Program-made: the position numbers and the translations under genes
Shown here: positions 12,501 to 27,500 of the stretch, piece after piece
How positions within the stretch are numbered: position 1 is the first letter of the stretch
How the letters are laid out: each line of letters starts with the position of its first letter
The notes under the pieces: generated by a model
What the model saw: only the letters and a program-made list of their open reading frames with translations
Database searches by the model: none
What the model was told of the DNA's origin: nothing
Source of the DNA: Phyllobates terribilis
Taxonomy: Eukaryota
Direction of reading: 5' to 3'
Assembly: GCF_046119375.1 (NCBI RefSeq)
Contig: NW_027362768.1
Location: 157,976,001-158,040,000 of the forward strand
DNA length: 64,000 bases

Positions 12501-15500
12501 GAATGAGAAAGAAAAGGGGATAGATGAATAGATAGATGAGAGTGACACATGACTGCAGGATCAGACTACACATAGTTTACTTGTAGTCTGTAACCATGGA
12601 GACACATTGGTCTGCACTGCACCTGCATACACGAAAAGGCCATATCATCATCATTTTTGTATTATTTCAGCTGTTACCTGACATGATCCAGGGTTTAATG
12701 CAGGTGATGGCCGCTGCTGATATGTTCTGCGTCTGAGACGGCTCATGTGTCTTCTCCAGTAAGTCCCAGATATCCACATTTCCATCTTCCTTGCCGATGA
12801 AGAAGACGCCGGGCCTGGACAGTGACCAGTGGGCTGCGGTGTACCTCTTCTGAGTGCAACACGACTGCAGGATCGGTCCGCTCTGCGAAAGAAAGATGCA
12901 ATAAAAAAATGAAAATACAAAATAAAATGTTATATAAATATGAAAAAAGTTATTGCAGTGTCTATAACAAACATCCATTTTATTTTATGTTCATTAATAT
13001 TCCAGAGCCCGTTCATCACGCCGTCCTACGTGTTTCAGAGAGATATGTCATTAGTCATGGCCTAAAATTATCATACATGGTCAACACTGTTGAAAAAAAA
13101 TGTCAGGGTTGCTGTTTTGTGTTCATTCCACCGTCCCAAAAAATTAAAAATGATCAAACACTTAAATGAAACCCAAGATGCTGCCGCAGGCTCTCGTTCA
13201 CACGTCCGTTTACACTTTCCTTTTCTTTGCCCTGTTTTTAAGAACAGATAAATGGAATATATGTCCAAAACGGATCCGCTGCATAACCGAGGCAAATGGA
13301 AGCACTGGGCCACGTTGGGTCGTATGGGGTCCATCTTGGTTTTTAAAATGTAAGAAAAAGAGCAGCGTGCAAAAAAAATTTTTTCTAAATACAGCACATA
13401 ATAGAACTCAGACATACCCCCTAATAATCAATGCGGCCCCTCTGATTGCATTTCCATCAGTTATCCAGCAGATACATTTTGGACAAGAATTCTGCTATGG
13501 AGAGGAGCTCCGTCCACCATGATAATGTTGTGTTATTCCCTTCCTGCAGCAGGAGACCAAGGAGACATTTATTTCGGGGGTTTATAGGGCCCGAGAGTTA
13601 TAGGGGCAGGACCTGCACTAGTTATGGATCCCGGGGTAGGTTCTGGGAGGAGCGCACTTCCCTGATCTCTTATATTATGTGATGGGGGTCCATCTGCCCA
13701 GAATAGTAATACTCACAGTGACTCCTTCCTTCCAGATAGCGAAGTTCCAGCCCCCGACGGTGAGTGCAAAGTCCTTCAGAAATGCAGATCTTTGCACAGT
13801 GTGGACCAGTCCATCATGGATGCCGTGTCTCTGCGAGGGTTTAGCACCTGCAAATACCAAAATTCAATCCACAGTCAGTGGATACACTGGAGATAATGCT
13901 ATGGGAGACGCTACATGCCCTTCCAATAATTGTGCAGTTTATAAAATGTTGCTGCCATGTCCAGATGGTGAATTTACTTATAAAAAGACTATGATCCTGA
14001 AACTGCACTAAAAGTATATAACAAAGGTTCTAGACCCAAGAAAATGGAGGAGGGTCCAGGATGGGTCTATGGACCACTGATGTATATAGTGTATATACAG
14101 ACAACTCACTGATGTGTCTTCCAGTGTCTCCGTCCTTTTCCATCTTCCAGTCTGTGTACAGCAGCTCCCCGTCCTGTAGTAAGATGGACAGAGTGGACAA
14201 TGGCGTGTTATATTGTCACTAATATATACACAAGACATATGGCCGCTCTCACCATTCCCAAAGTGCAGATCCAGTGAATGTCAGATAAGATGACCATACT
14301 TGTTAGATGGCTGGCACCAATCAGCCATTCCTCTGACCCCTCAATACATAGCTGGGTTCAACAAAACAATGGTATATCTCCAATGAGAACAAAGGTTCGG
14401 CCATGCTGGAGCCCATTGTACCTGATCCCTCTTCCCCCTACATCTGCCATTAGGAGAGAGTTCAAACCCCTCTCGATGGTCGGCCGGTGACTTCAGCCGA
14501 CGTTCGTCTCATGTGTGTACTGCACCTTTATAAATGATCTGAGGGGATTAATCAGTATTATATTCCCTGAAATGCTGGTTATCACAGTTCCCCAACCAGT
14601 GGCTCAGGGGCCACGTGTGTCTCTTGGGTCCCCGGCATGTGGCTCTTTAAGAAACAATCGTATCAGTGTCAAAACCATATCACTTGTAGTATAGCTGAAA
14701 AGTGACAAAAAACGCACAATAGGACATCACCCGGGCAATAAATGCTGTAGATAGTCTGGTATTGCTCACCAGGCTGGGTTGTATCAGGCACAACTCCTAT
14801 GCAGGTATAGAAATCAGCTGCGCCGTATACCGGAATAAAACCAGCAGTAAATGCAATAGTAGAGAGGGATATACGGATAATTCTGCTACTGGTCAAGAAG
14901 ATATCCAATGGCGATGATGGTGTTGAACAAAGAGCAGTTTTATTAACCAACGCGTTTCAGTCATTGCAGTCATTGTGTTTTTCTCCTGATGAAGGAGTTT
15001 GTTCAACTCTGAAATGCGTTAATTAATAAAACGGCTCTTTGCTCAACACCATCATCTCCATTGGATATCTTCTTGATCAGCAGCAGAATTATCCGTATAT
15101 CCCTTTCTACTATATAAATAATTGTCCACTTTTACGATTTACACTGTGTTCCAAATTATTATGCAAATAATATTTTCTCAGATTTTCCCAAATTACCTGG
15201 GAATTGCAGTCATTGTAATTTTCCAGTCAAATAACTATTAGAGTACAATTGAAAGGTTTTTGTACAAACTGCCTATGATAACAGTATATTTTTAAAAACA
15301 TAAAAAACTCAAACTGCACTCAAAATGCATTATCATGCATGAAAATGATCTTGCTGCGGAATGCACGGTTCTTCTTCTTGAACCATGGAAGGAAGTGCTG
15401 TTTGAGAAACTTTAAAGCTGCATGGATCTCTCACTCATTGCTTGAGTATTGTGTCTAGCTGTTAGCCTAGTTTCCAGTCTCCAAGCTCCTGACCATTCTT

Positions 15501-18500
15501 ACCTAGATTGTTCTCACCTATCTACGGATTGTTTCCTACAACTCCTTTTTGCTAACTACAAGAACTTTTACTAACGCTTGCTGTTCCTGCTTGGGCTCCT
15601 TTGGCCACTGGTTTTCAGCAGTACAAGGCCAGTAGTATAACATTTGCTGACATTTACCAAGCGCTACCGTCTGTATCTCAAAGATGGAAGCACTCACTTC
15701 AGTTCCGGCAAAATAACTGGTGTTGACGTCCTCCAGAATTTTGCTGTTCTTGGCCGAGGCCGCTCTTAAACTGCTGTAATGAATGGATCCCTCGGATTTC
15801 TCCTCTTTGATCGGAGTCTGTAGTTTATCTACACACGATAGAGAGAAAGGAGAGAATAAGTAATATTACAGATGTGCTATGAATATATATGGCTGTGTAA
15901 GCCCAGAGCGATCTGTCAGACCCATACAGCCAGGAATCATTATGTCCAAGAGGCCACCTCACCGGCAGAGTATGGGGCGCTGGTGGTGGCAGCAATGGTC
16001 CTGGGAGATCACCATCGCTCACTATAGATCTTCCTCGCCTTAAGCCTTTCTTAAGAACATATCACACTGAATCCTCCAAGACAATGGATGTCCTGTCTTT
16101 AGGAGCGGCCGTCACTGTTTGATCAGTGGGGGTCGCCCTATCTTATGGAGATACCTGACATCAGGGATCCCGTGCAGAGCCCTGTCCAGAATACAGGGAG
16201 GTGCACATGCCAACCTCCGCTCCATTCATTGCCTATGGGACTAGTAGAGAAGGAAGAGTACATCGCTCGGCTATTTCCATCAGTCCCACTGACGTCCTGC
16301 TTAGGGATGTCCTCCATGCTTGATTATCTATGAAGGAATGTCGTTTTCTGACCAGGCCACTGCTTGCCCAGAATAGATCCTTTCCTCATCCTTTATCTTT
16401 TTCACCGAGGATGTATTATCACAAATCTAAGGAACGGTGGTTCCTGCGAGGACGGCCAGCATCCTGCTATTAATGGCGGCAGAATGGATCAGTGTCACAT
16501 GAAGAAGCTGTGAGTTCCTGAATGTGATATCCTGAGGTTTCGGCGCTGAATGACCACGTGACGGAATTAGACTCAGGAGGAGAATGGCGTGTGCCGGGGA
16601 AACGTTGGCCGCGGCTCTGGAATGCCCGAGTCTGGCTGTAAAACAAGCCTGAGGCTTCCGCATTCCCCCCTGGGAAGTGTAGACCCCATTGTCCTCATAG
16701 GAGCGCGGTCCGGGGATACAACGCAGGACTGCAGGAACAGGAGCCGGCTGTGGGGGCAGAGGCCTCGCTGTCTGTGGGCCCCAATAATAGGGCCACAAAA
16801 TGTAACCTCCCAGCATATATAAGCTAGGGTGATAAAACAGTGACCTATACTACAGTAAACTCAGGAATGGACGATACAATGGGCAGAAGGGGCAACTGGA
16901 CTGGGGCACTGCAATTTAAAGGGGTATTATTACCACCCACTTTGCAATACAAAATGTAATGTCCCTGCTTGCTCATATGCCAACATGGCATCCAGAAAAC
17001 ACAGCAATCTTCTCCCTGTGCGGAGTCACATATCTGTAGCGTCATTCTAACATCTTAGATGTCTTATAGGGAAAGTAAAGGAGGAACTGCGGATGCTCAT
17101 CCTACATAAAGATGGATAGGAGAGAACGTATCTACTGACAACAGTCCTTACACAATGGCTTGTACTGTTTAGCACAGTATGGCGGTATTATTACATTTGG
17201 AACAGTATGGCGGTATTATTACATTTGGCACTGTATGGCAGCATCATTATATTTGACACTGTATGGCAGTATTAATATATTTGGCATTGTATGGTGGTAT
17301 TATATTTGGCACTGTTTGATGGAATTATTACACTTGACACTGGCGGAATTATTATATTTGGCATTGTATGGTGGCATTATTATATTTGGCACTATGGTAG
17401 TATTATTATATTTGGCACTGTATGGTAGTATTATTATATTTGGCACTGTATAGTGGCATTATTATATTTGCCACTATGGTAGTACTATTATATCTGGCAC
17501 TGTATGGTAGAATTATTATATTTTTAACTGTATGATGGCATTATTATATTTGGCACTGTATGGTGGCATTATTACATTTGGCATTATGGTAGTATTATTA
17601 TATTTGGCATTATGGTAGTATTATTATATTTGGCAGTGTATGGTAGTAGTATTATTATATTTGACACTATGGTAGTATTCTTATATTTGGCACTGTATGG
17701 TGGCATTATTATATTTGGCATTGTATAGTGGTATTATATTTGGCACTGTTTGATGGCATTATTACATTTGACACTGACGGAATAATTATATTTGCCACAG
17801 TATGGTGCCATTATTATATTTGGCACTATGGTAGTATTATTATATTTGGCACTGTATGGTGGATTATATTTAGAACTATATGGTAGTGTTATATTTGGCA
17901 GTGTATGGTGTCATTATTATATTTGGCATTGTATGGTGGTATCATATTTGGCACTGTATGGCGGTATTATTATATTTGGCACAGTGTGGCACTTATTTGG
18001 ATTGTATTGTGACTATTAGTGGCTACTTCTCTCCTTACAAAACATGGCAGTAGTCTCAACAGATCCTGCCCTGGACTATATGATATTTCCCAAGTATTCT
18101 GCTCAGAGACTGCGTCACTCATAAATCATGGAGTACTCGAGTCACATCATGTGCCCGGCCATCCATCGAGGTGGGATCCACCTGAGAGAGCACAGAGCTG
18201 GTCTTACCTGCCGTCCTGCAGTGATGATGCTCATCTCTAAGGCTGATTTTGATGGGGCTGAACTCTCCTCCTGTCTCAATCTTTGGAATTGAAGTCTTAA
18301 AATAGAAAGAAATAACAGCAAATGATTGTTAGAAGTACAAAACTGCAAAATTCCTTATAAAAGATGAAGCTCCAAACCACGCACAGCTATTGTTATAAAA
18401 TCTGTCCAACTAAAGCCACCACTAGAGGGAGCTCAAGAGATCAGATAATACTGTATATACATTGAACTGAACAAAAAGTCAGTATACAGTGAGCACAGAA

Positions 18501-21500
18501 GCCCCCCCCCCCCCCCAGTGGGAGTAGCAGATAATCACAATGCTGTCATATAATTGCAGGGCACTAGAAGCTATACACAAAAATAAGAGCACCGATTCAT
18601 ATAAAGTTTTTGCAGAAATTAAAAATGTTAAACCATCAAATGAGATGGTGTTAAAAGGCAGATATTACCTTCAATGCACGAAAAGAAAAAGTTTGGTCAC
18701 TTTGTATGTACATTTTATTATTTATCTTACACTAATGTTAAGTTATAGTGCTGGATTCACAATTCTGTAGCTTTCAGAGCTGAAATCTCCCAGCATGCCC
18801 CAGGATAGTAATTTCCATTCACAGTAATGCCTATTTACACCAGGTGATGTATAACAATCTAATGTGGAAACAGCTATCACTGCATCACAGGAGCTCGGCT
18901 TGTTGACCGTTTACAGTATGAACCAACAGAATTATGAATGCAGCTCTGGAGAATAAGGCTATGTGCACACATTGAATATTTACAGCAGATTCTTCTGCAG
19001 CAAAAACAGTAAAATACACGTCTGTGATGCCTGTCTGCAATTAAAAAAATGTTGCATTAAGTTTCCTGCCAGGGAAGTAAATGAGGGGGAAATGCTATAT
19101 ATTTTTTTTTTGCATCCAGAATAAGTGACAGCGACCAGACATGATGGAGAAAGTGCCGGAGCCGCTCTAATAGGACAATAATCCTGGCCGGGGATTATCC
19201 GCAGATCCTTCTTCCGGTCATCTCTGGATCGGCTTTTCTTCTTTCTTCATAATCTAATACAAGCACCAAAATGACAGCTGTAGCATCAGATATTGTTATT
19301 TAGAGGATGCATGTATATACTGGTGTATGTGGGGGCAGAAATGTATATATGTGAAGGGGAACCACCGTTATAGGAACAGATATCCCAAATTCATGGAAGC
19401 ATTGGCCCCCTACTTGTCAGGCACCAGCAGCACCATACGGACAATGCCGGTACTTTCGGGTGGATATGCTCTGGCCTGAGCTTACAGGATAAATCTGAAC
19501 AGGGCCCTGTAGGTACACGGCTTCTGGAGTATTAACAATAGGTAGAGAAGCATTGGCACAAGCATGGGCTCTAAATGCACCCGCTAGGCCAGCTGCAAAC
19601 CTATCACTGTGCAAAAGCCATAACTTAAGGCCACGGCCCCGCTATCAGTATTTGGTCAGTATTTGGTCAGTATTTTTTCTCCGGAGTGGGAGCCAAAACC
19701 AGGTGAGGAACAATCAGAGAAAAGGTATAATAGAAACAAGTCATCAATTCTGCATTTATCACCCACTCCTGGTTTTGGCTCCCACTCCTGAGAAAAAAAT
19801 ACTGACCAAATACTGATAGTGGGGCTGTGGACTAAGAGGAGTTTTCTGCTTTCAGTAAACCCCTGGATGCAATTTGTTTTAAAATATCAAGCTGATCTTT
19901 TCTCACCCTCCCCGGGTCCAGCGCTGATATCATCTTGCCACCACTGCAGGTAATCACCCTCTGAGAGGCTTATGCTATCAACTCGGGAAGAGCCGCTGAG
20001 CTCAGTGATTGGCTGCAGCACTGACGATGTTATGTTGGCGCTGGGAGCAGCGGCAAAGATTCAGTGCTGGACCTGATGAGCTGGATAAAAACCCTTTAAA
20101 ATTGTTCTTGTTTCTGCCCATTTTTCCCGCTGTGCTCGGAATACGACTGATGATTTCTCATACAATCTTCTCTGGCTTACTGCTGTTCTGTAAAACAGTC
20201 TGTGTCGCACAGGGAGGCAGTGTACTGTATAGCACTTATAGAATAACCTGTAGTCACACTGAAATGGCGGTGGTCGGGACAGGAAGGCAAGTGTCTGCCA
20301 GCGAGAAGCAGAGAAATACTAAGGGATTAGGATGGAGTTACTGTAGCCATAAAGGTGCCCAGGTATCTGCAGAGCAGCTGACAGCCATTTCTTCCAGACC
20401 CCGTACACCTGTGCTTCAGGGGGGAGAGTCGGGGGTCTCCATACAGGTTCGGATGACTTTCTCTAATGAGTATGGAGGCCCATGGGCCCATAATGTGACC
20501 AACAAGCAGTTAGTTAAGTTGGATCTTGTATCCTGATGGATCTGCACCTTGAGTAGTGGCCTCCAGATTAGATCGAGGTGTTTGAAGATATCCGGCACCC
20601 CGAGAGGAGCCGAGTGCTGGTTCTCCTCTTGCTTTCTGCTTGTCGGCGTCTGTAGATGAGTCTTGTGTGAGCGAATGTCCCAGAACATCACAGAACTGTA
20701 GAGGAGAAATGAGATTGTGTCAAAGGTAGACTTTAGCATGACCATACACATGAGATGAATCTTGGCCAAACCAATGTGTCTTTGAAAACTCTGGATCGCA
20801 GCATGATGTCTAGCTTTTGAGGATCTTTTGGTCTACTTCACTTTGTCAGGCAGGTCCTGGTTAAGTGATTTCTTGATTGAGAACAGGTGTGGCAGTGATC
20901 AGGCCTGTGTGTGGCTAGGGAAATTGAACTCAGCTTCCCAAAAATGTGATATACCACTATTAATTTATGTTTTAAGAGAGGGGGGCAATCACTTTTTCAC
21001 ACAGGACCCTGTAGGTTTGGATTTCTTTTTCCCTTAATAATAATGACCTTCATTCAAAAACTGCATTTTGTGTTTACTTGTGTTATCTTTGTCTAATATT
21101 TAAATTTGTTTTGTGATCTGAAACATTTAAGTGCGAAAAACATGCAAAAGAATAAGAAATCAGGAAGGGGGCAAACACTTTTCACACCAATGTATATCAT
21201 CCTTCCTACAATCAGACGTCTCACTATAAGGCCAAATTCAGACGTCCATATATCATGTTCCAAGTAAGGACCACGATGCACGGAGCACCTGCAGTGGTGG
21301 ACTTTTATTTGTAATAAAGGATTTTATTCAGGTTTATTACAATATGACTATGGGGTTAGTAATGGGGGCGTCTTATAGACACCCTCCATTACTAACCTGG
21401 GCTTCATGTCAGCTGCCAATACAAGGCTGACATGAACCCCAACCCTATTACCCCACTGCCACTGCACCAGGGCAAGTGGGAAGAGCGGAGGCTAAGCGCC

Positions 21501-24500
21501 AGAGTTGGCGCATCTTATTGATGCGCTATTTCTGGGGCCACTGAGGGCTGATCTCATTAGCCTCGGAAGGGGCCAGTATCCAAGGCCCCTTCCCTGGCTA
21601 GTAACATCAGCCCCCCGCGGTCAGCTTTCCCTCTGCTGGTTATGAAAATGATGAGGGAGCCCACACCATTATTTTTAATTTAATTCTTCATTTTACACTG
21701 GATGTAAACAGCGGGTGCTGAATACAACTCCCATCATTGTCTCCGAGATCAGCGCGAGCAGGGGACAATGATGAGAGCTGCCTCCAGCAGTCGGTGCAGG
21801 GGATCAGCGTGAACTGTACTGCTGATTCCCAGACGCCGGTACGTGTCACGCTGATAACACACGTATGTCATCTGTGTGTCATCTGTGTGCACGTGTGCAG
21901 CATGCATTTTCTGAGTGCTGCACCAAAAAACCTGTCATGTCTGCGGGTTTCTCACATGGACACACAGCCCATGTGACAAACCTGACATCTGCGCACACCC
22001 ACTGAATACAATGGTTGTGGGTATGTCAGTATTTGCGGCCCTTTAAAAACGGACAGCATACGGACATACAAAACAGACCTGTGAATAGGGCTTTACAACG
22101 TGTAAAAGTAACCGCGTCGTCTGGAAATCATCAGGACAGGATTTTAGCCTTTGAGTTTGATTCCAGAAAAGTCTCAGTAAATCACAGGTTATGCGGCTTT
22201 TACAGAAACTCATTGTTTTCCAATATGGAAAAAAGTTGTGAGAGTTTTTGCAACTTTCCGAAACTTCTGAATAGAGAATATGCCAAATTGTCCAGCCATG
22301 AAGCCCGCTCTCCTGTATCAGCAGGCAGATTGTTGTTGGGGCGTATAGTAATTGGATGATGATTACTGTTATGGCAGCAAGATTTATCGTCACCCGGATT
22401 TCCAGAAATGATGGGTGTTATTGTTACATCATAAGAGAAAAGAACAACTCAATGACTTTTACTACAAGGAAGATCCAGAGCATCGTCTAATGGAAACCCG
22501 GAAAAGAAAAGTCACTCCACATACCAGTCAGGAGAACACGTGGCGAGCTGGACGCAGTAACCGCTTTTATTCTCATAAGGATATCCAGTCCGAGTTATCT
22601 GAAAAGTAAAAATCACACAAACTAATATGGATTTATTATAAAATATTGTTTGTATGAACGTAGGGTTACATGGCATTAAATCTCATAAAGGCCTAAAACC
22701 TGGAATGGATGGAGACAATTTTCTAAATACATTACTCATGCTGATCCTGAGTTACATCCTGTATTATACTCCAGAGCTGCACTCACTATTCTGCTGGTGC
22801 AGTCACTGTGCACATACATTACATTACTTATCCTGTACTGATCCTGAGTTACATCCTGTATTATACCCCAGAGCTGCACTCACTATTCTGCCGGTGCAGT
22901 CACTGTGTACATACATTACATTACTTATCCTGTACTGATCCTGAGTTACATCCTGTATTATACTCCAGAGCTGCACTCACTATTCTGCTGGTGGAATCAC
23001 TGTGTACATACATTAGATTACTGATCCTGTACTGATCCTGAGTTACATCATGTATTATACCCCAGAGCTGCACTCACTATTCTGCTGGTGCAGTCACTAT
23101 GTACATACATTAGATTACTGATCCTGTACTGATCCTGAGTTACATCATGTATTATACTCCAGAGCTGCACTCACTATTCTGCTGGTACAGTCACTGTGTA
23201 CATACATTACATTACTGATCCTGTGCTGATCCTGAGTTACATCCTGTATTATACTCCAGAGCTGCACTCACTATTCTGCCGGTGCAGTCACTGTGTACAT
23301 ACATTAGATTACTGATCCTGTACTGATCCTGAGTTACATCATGTATTATACCCCAGAGCTGCACTCACTATTCTGCTGGTGCAGTCACTATGTACATACA
23401 TTAGATTACCGATCCTGTACTGATCCTGAGTTACATCATGTATTATACTCCAGAGCTGCACTCACTATTCTGCTGGTGCAGTCACTGTGTACATACATTA
23501 CATTACTGATCCTGTACTGATCCTGAGTTACATCCTGTATTATACCCCAGAGCTGCACTCACTATTCTGCTAGTGGAGTCACTATGTATATACATTACTT
23601 TACTTATCCTGTACTGATCCTGAGTTACATCCTGTATTATACCCCAGAGCTGCACTCACTATTCTGCTGGTGCAGTCGTGGTGTACATACATAACATTAC
23701 TGATCCTGTACTGATCCTGAGTTACCTCCTGTATTATACTCCAGAGCTGCACTCACTATTCTGCTGGTGCAGTCACTGTGTACATACATTACATTACTGA
23801 TCCTGTACTGATCCTGAGTTACCTCCTGTATTATACTCCAGAGCTGCACTCACTATTCTGCTGGTGGAGTCACTGTATACATACATTACATTACTGATCC
23901 TGCGTTACATCCTGTATTATACTCCAGAGCTGCACTCACTATTCTGCTGGTGCAGTCACTGTGTACATACATTACATTACTGATCCTGTATTGATCCTGA
24001 GTTACATCCTGTATTATACTCCAGAGCTGCACTCAATATTCTGCTGGTGCAGCCACTGTGTACATACATTACATTACTGATCCTGTACTGATCCTGAGTT
24101 ACATCCTGTATTATACTCCAGAGCTGCACTCACTATTCTGCTGGTGCAGTCACTGTGTACATACATTACATTACTGATCCTGCGTTACATCCTGTATTAT
24201 ACTCCAGAGCTGCACTCACTATTCTGCTGGTGCAGTCACTGTGTACATACATTACATTACTGATCCTGTACTGATCCTGAGTTACATCCTGTATTATACT
24301 CCAGAGCTGCACTCACTATTCTGCTGGTGCAGTCACTGTGTACATACATTACATTACTGATCCTGTACTGATCCTGAGTTACATCCTGTATTATACTCCA
24401 GAGCTGCACTCACTATTCTGCTGGTGCAGTCACTGTGTACATACATTACATTACTGATCCTGCGTTACATCCTGTATTATACTCCAGAGCTGCACTCACT

Positions 24501-27500
24501 ATTCTGCTGGTGCAGTCACTGTGTACATACATTACATTACTGATCCTGTACTGATCCTGAGTTACATCCTGTATTATACTCCAGAGCTGCATTCAATATT
24601 CTGCTGGTGCAGTCATTGTATCTATATAAAATGCATCCGTAATTTACATGTCGCATTTTGTAGATTTTTGAATATAAATGAATCTATGAGATGTAAATAG
24701 TGACATAAAATTGTAGAACAGTGATCTGAGTCGCTCCTCCTGTTGGACTCGCTGAGTGTCTCTTCCTTATGACACATCATGGCGGCGGTACATCTGCCAA
24801 TATTCTGCATAGGAATCTGACACATCACAAGTCCTCTCATGCCGGACTTTTCCTCCCGATGTTCTGGACTTCGTCAGAGGAGTTTTTGAAAGAAAAAAAA
24901 AACATAAATAAAATAATTGGTGGCCAAAACTCACCTCAAAGTAGTCCGGGAGCCAGTGTAAGTCAGTGATCACCTCCCGGTGGCCGTGCTCTATAGAGGA
25001 CACTGCGCAGTATCTCACCAGCGGAGAATCATGGGATTGCTTCACTTCCAGAGGTGTCTGTAGAAAGAAAAACAGCAATGTACCGGGCGGTAATAATATT
25101 ACCAGTAATACACCAGGCGGTAATAATATTACCAGTAATACACCAGGCGGTAATAACATTACCAGTAATACACCAGGCGGTAATAATATTACCAGTAATA
25201 CACCAGGCGGTAATAATATTACCAGTAATACACCAGGTGGTAATAACATTACCAGTAATACACCAGGCGGTAATAATATTACCAGTAATACACCAGGCGG
25301 TAATATTACCAGGAATACACCAGGCGGTAATAATATTACCAGTAATACACCAGGCGGTAATAATATTACCAGTAATACACCAGGCGGTAATATCAACAGT
25401 AATACACCAGGCGGTAATAATATTACCAGTAATACACCAGGCGGTAATAATATTACCAGTAATACACCAGGCGGTAATAACATTACCAGTAATACACCAG
25501 GCGGTAATAATATTACCAGTAATACACCAGGCGGTAAATTACCAGTAATACACCAGGCGGTAATAACATTACCAGTAATACACCAGGCGGTAATAACATT
25601 ACCAGTAATACACCAGGCGGTAATAATATTACCAGTAATACACCAGGCGGTAATAATATTACCAGTAATACACCAGGCGGTAATAACATTACCAGTAATA
25701 CACCAGGCGGTAATAATATTACCAGTAATACACCAGGCGGTAATAATATTACCAGTAATACACCAGGTGGTAATAACATTACCAGTAATACACCAGGCGG
25801 TAATAATATTACCAGTAATACACCAGGCGGTAATATTACCAGGAATACACCAGGCGGTAATAATATTACCAGTAATACACCAGGCGGTAATAATATTACC
25901 AGTAATACACCAGGCGGTAATATCAACAGTAATACACCAGGCGGTAATAATATTACCAGTAATACACCAGGCGGTAATAATATTACCAGTAATACACCAG
26001 GCGGTAATAACATTACCAGTAATACACCAGGCGGTAATAATATTACCAGTAATACACCAGGCGGTAAATTACCAGTAATACACCAGGCGGTAATAACATT
26101 ACCAGTAATACACCAGGCGGTAATAACATTACCAGTAATACACCAGGCGGTAATAATATTACCAGTAATACACCAGGCGGTAATAATATTACCAGGAATA
26201 CACCAGGCGGTAATATCAACAGTATTACACCAGGCGGTAATAATATTACCAGGAATACACCAGGCGGTAATAATATTACCAGGAATACACCAGGCGGTAA
26301 TAATATTACCAGTAATACACCAGGCGGTAATATTACCAGTAATACACCAGGCGGTAATAATATTACCAGTAATACACCAGGCGGCAATAATATTACCAGT
26401 AATACACCAGGCGGTAATAATAAAAGTAATACACCAGGCGGTAATAATATTACCAGTAATACACCAGGCGGTAATAATATTACCATAATATACTGTATCA
26501 GGCATTAATGATAACAGTAATACACCAGGCGGTAATAATATTACCACTAATACACCAGGCGGTAATATTAACCCTATTATACCAGGTGGTAATAATAACA
26601 GTAATACACCAGGTGGTAATAATATTACCCGGAATACACCAGGCGGTAATAATATTACCAGGAATACACCAGGCGGTAATAATATTACCAGGAATACACC
26701 AGGCGGTAATATCAACAGTAATACACCAGGCGGTAATAATATTACCAGTAATACACCAGGCGGTAATATTAACCCTATTATACCAGGTGGTAATAATAAC
26801 AGTAATACACCAGGCGGTAATAATATTACCAGGAATACACCAGGCGGTAATAATATTACCAGTAATACACCAGGCGGTAATATTAACCCTATTATACCAG
26901 GTGGTAATAATAACAGTAATACACCAGGCGGTAATAATATTACCCGGAATACACCAGGCGGTAATAATATTACCAGGAATACACCAGGCGGTAATAATAT
27001 TACCAGTAATACACCAGGCGATAATAACATTACCAGTAATACACCAGGCGGTAATAATATTACCCGGAATACACCAGGCGGTAATAATATTACCAGGAAT
27101 ACACCAGGCGGTAATATCAACAGTAATACACCAGGCGGTAATAATATTACCAGTAATACACCAGGCGGTAATAATATTACCAGTAATACACCAGGCGGTA
27201 ATAATATTACCAGGAATACACCAGGCGGTAATAATATTACCAGTAATACACCAGGCAGTAATAATAAAAGTAATACACCAGGCGGTAATAATATTACCAG
27301 TAATACACCAGGCGGTAATAATATTACCATAATATACTGTATCAGGAGTTAATGATAACAGTAATACACCAGGCGGTAATAATATTACCACTAATACACC
27401 AGGCGGTAATATTAACCCTATTATACCAGGTGGTAATAATAACAGTAATACACCAGGTGGTAATAATATTACCATAATATACTGTATCAGGCGTTAATAA

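Noticed and set aside
24966-27475. Long ORFs (370, 605, 325, 274 aa) with NTPGGNNITS or VILLPPGVLL repeats, resembling a mucin or glycoprotein
   Set aside because: They are translations of the 30-bp minisatellite, open in several frames on both strands, inside a DNAI3 intron, with no unique coding flanks.
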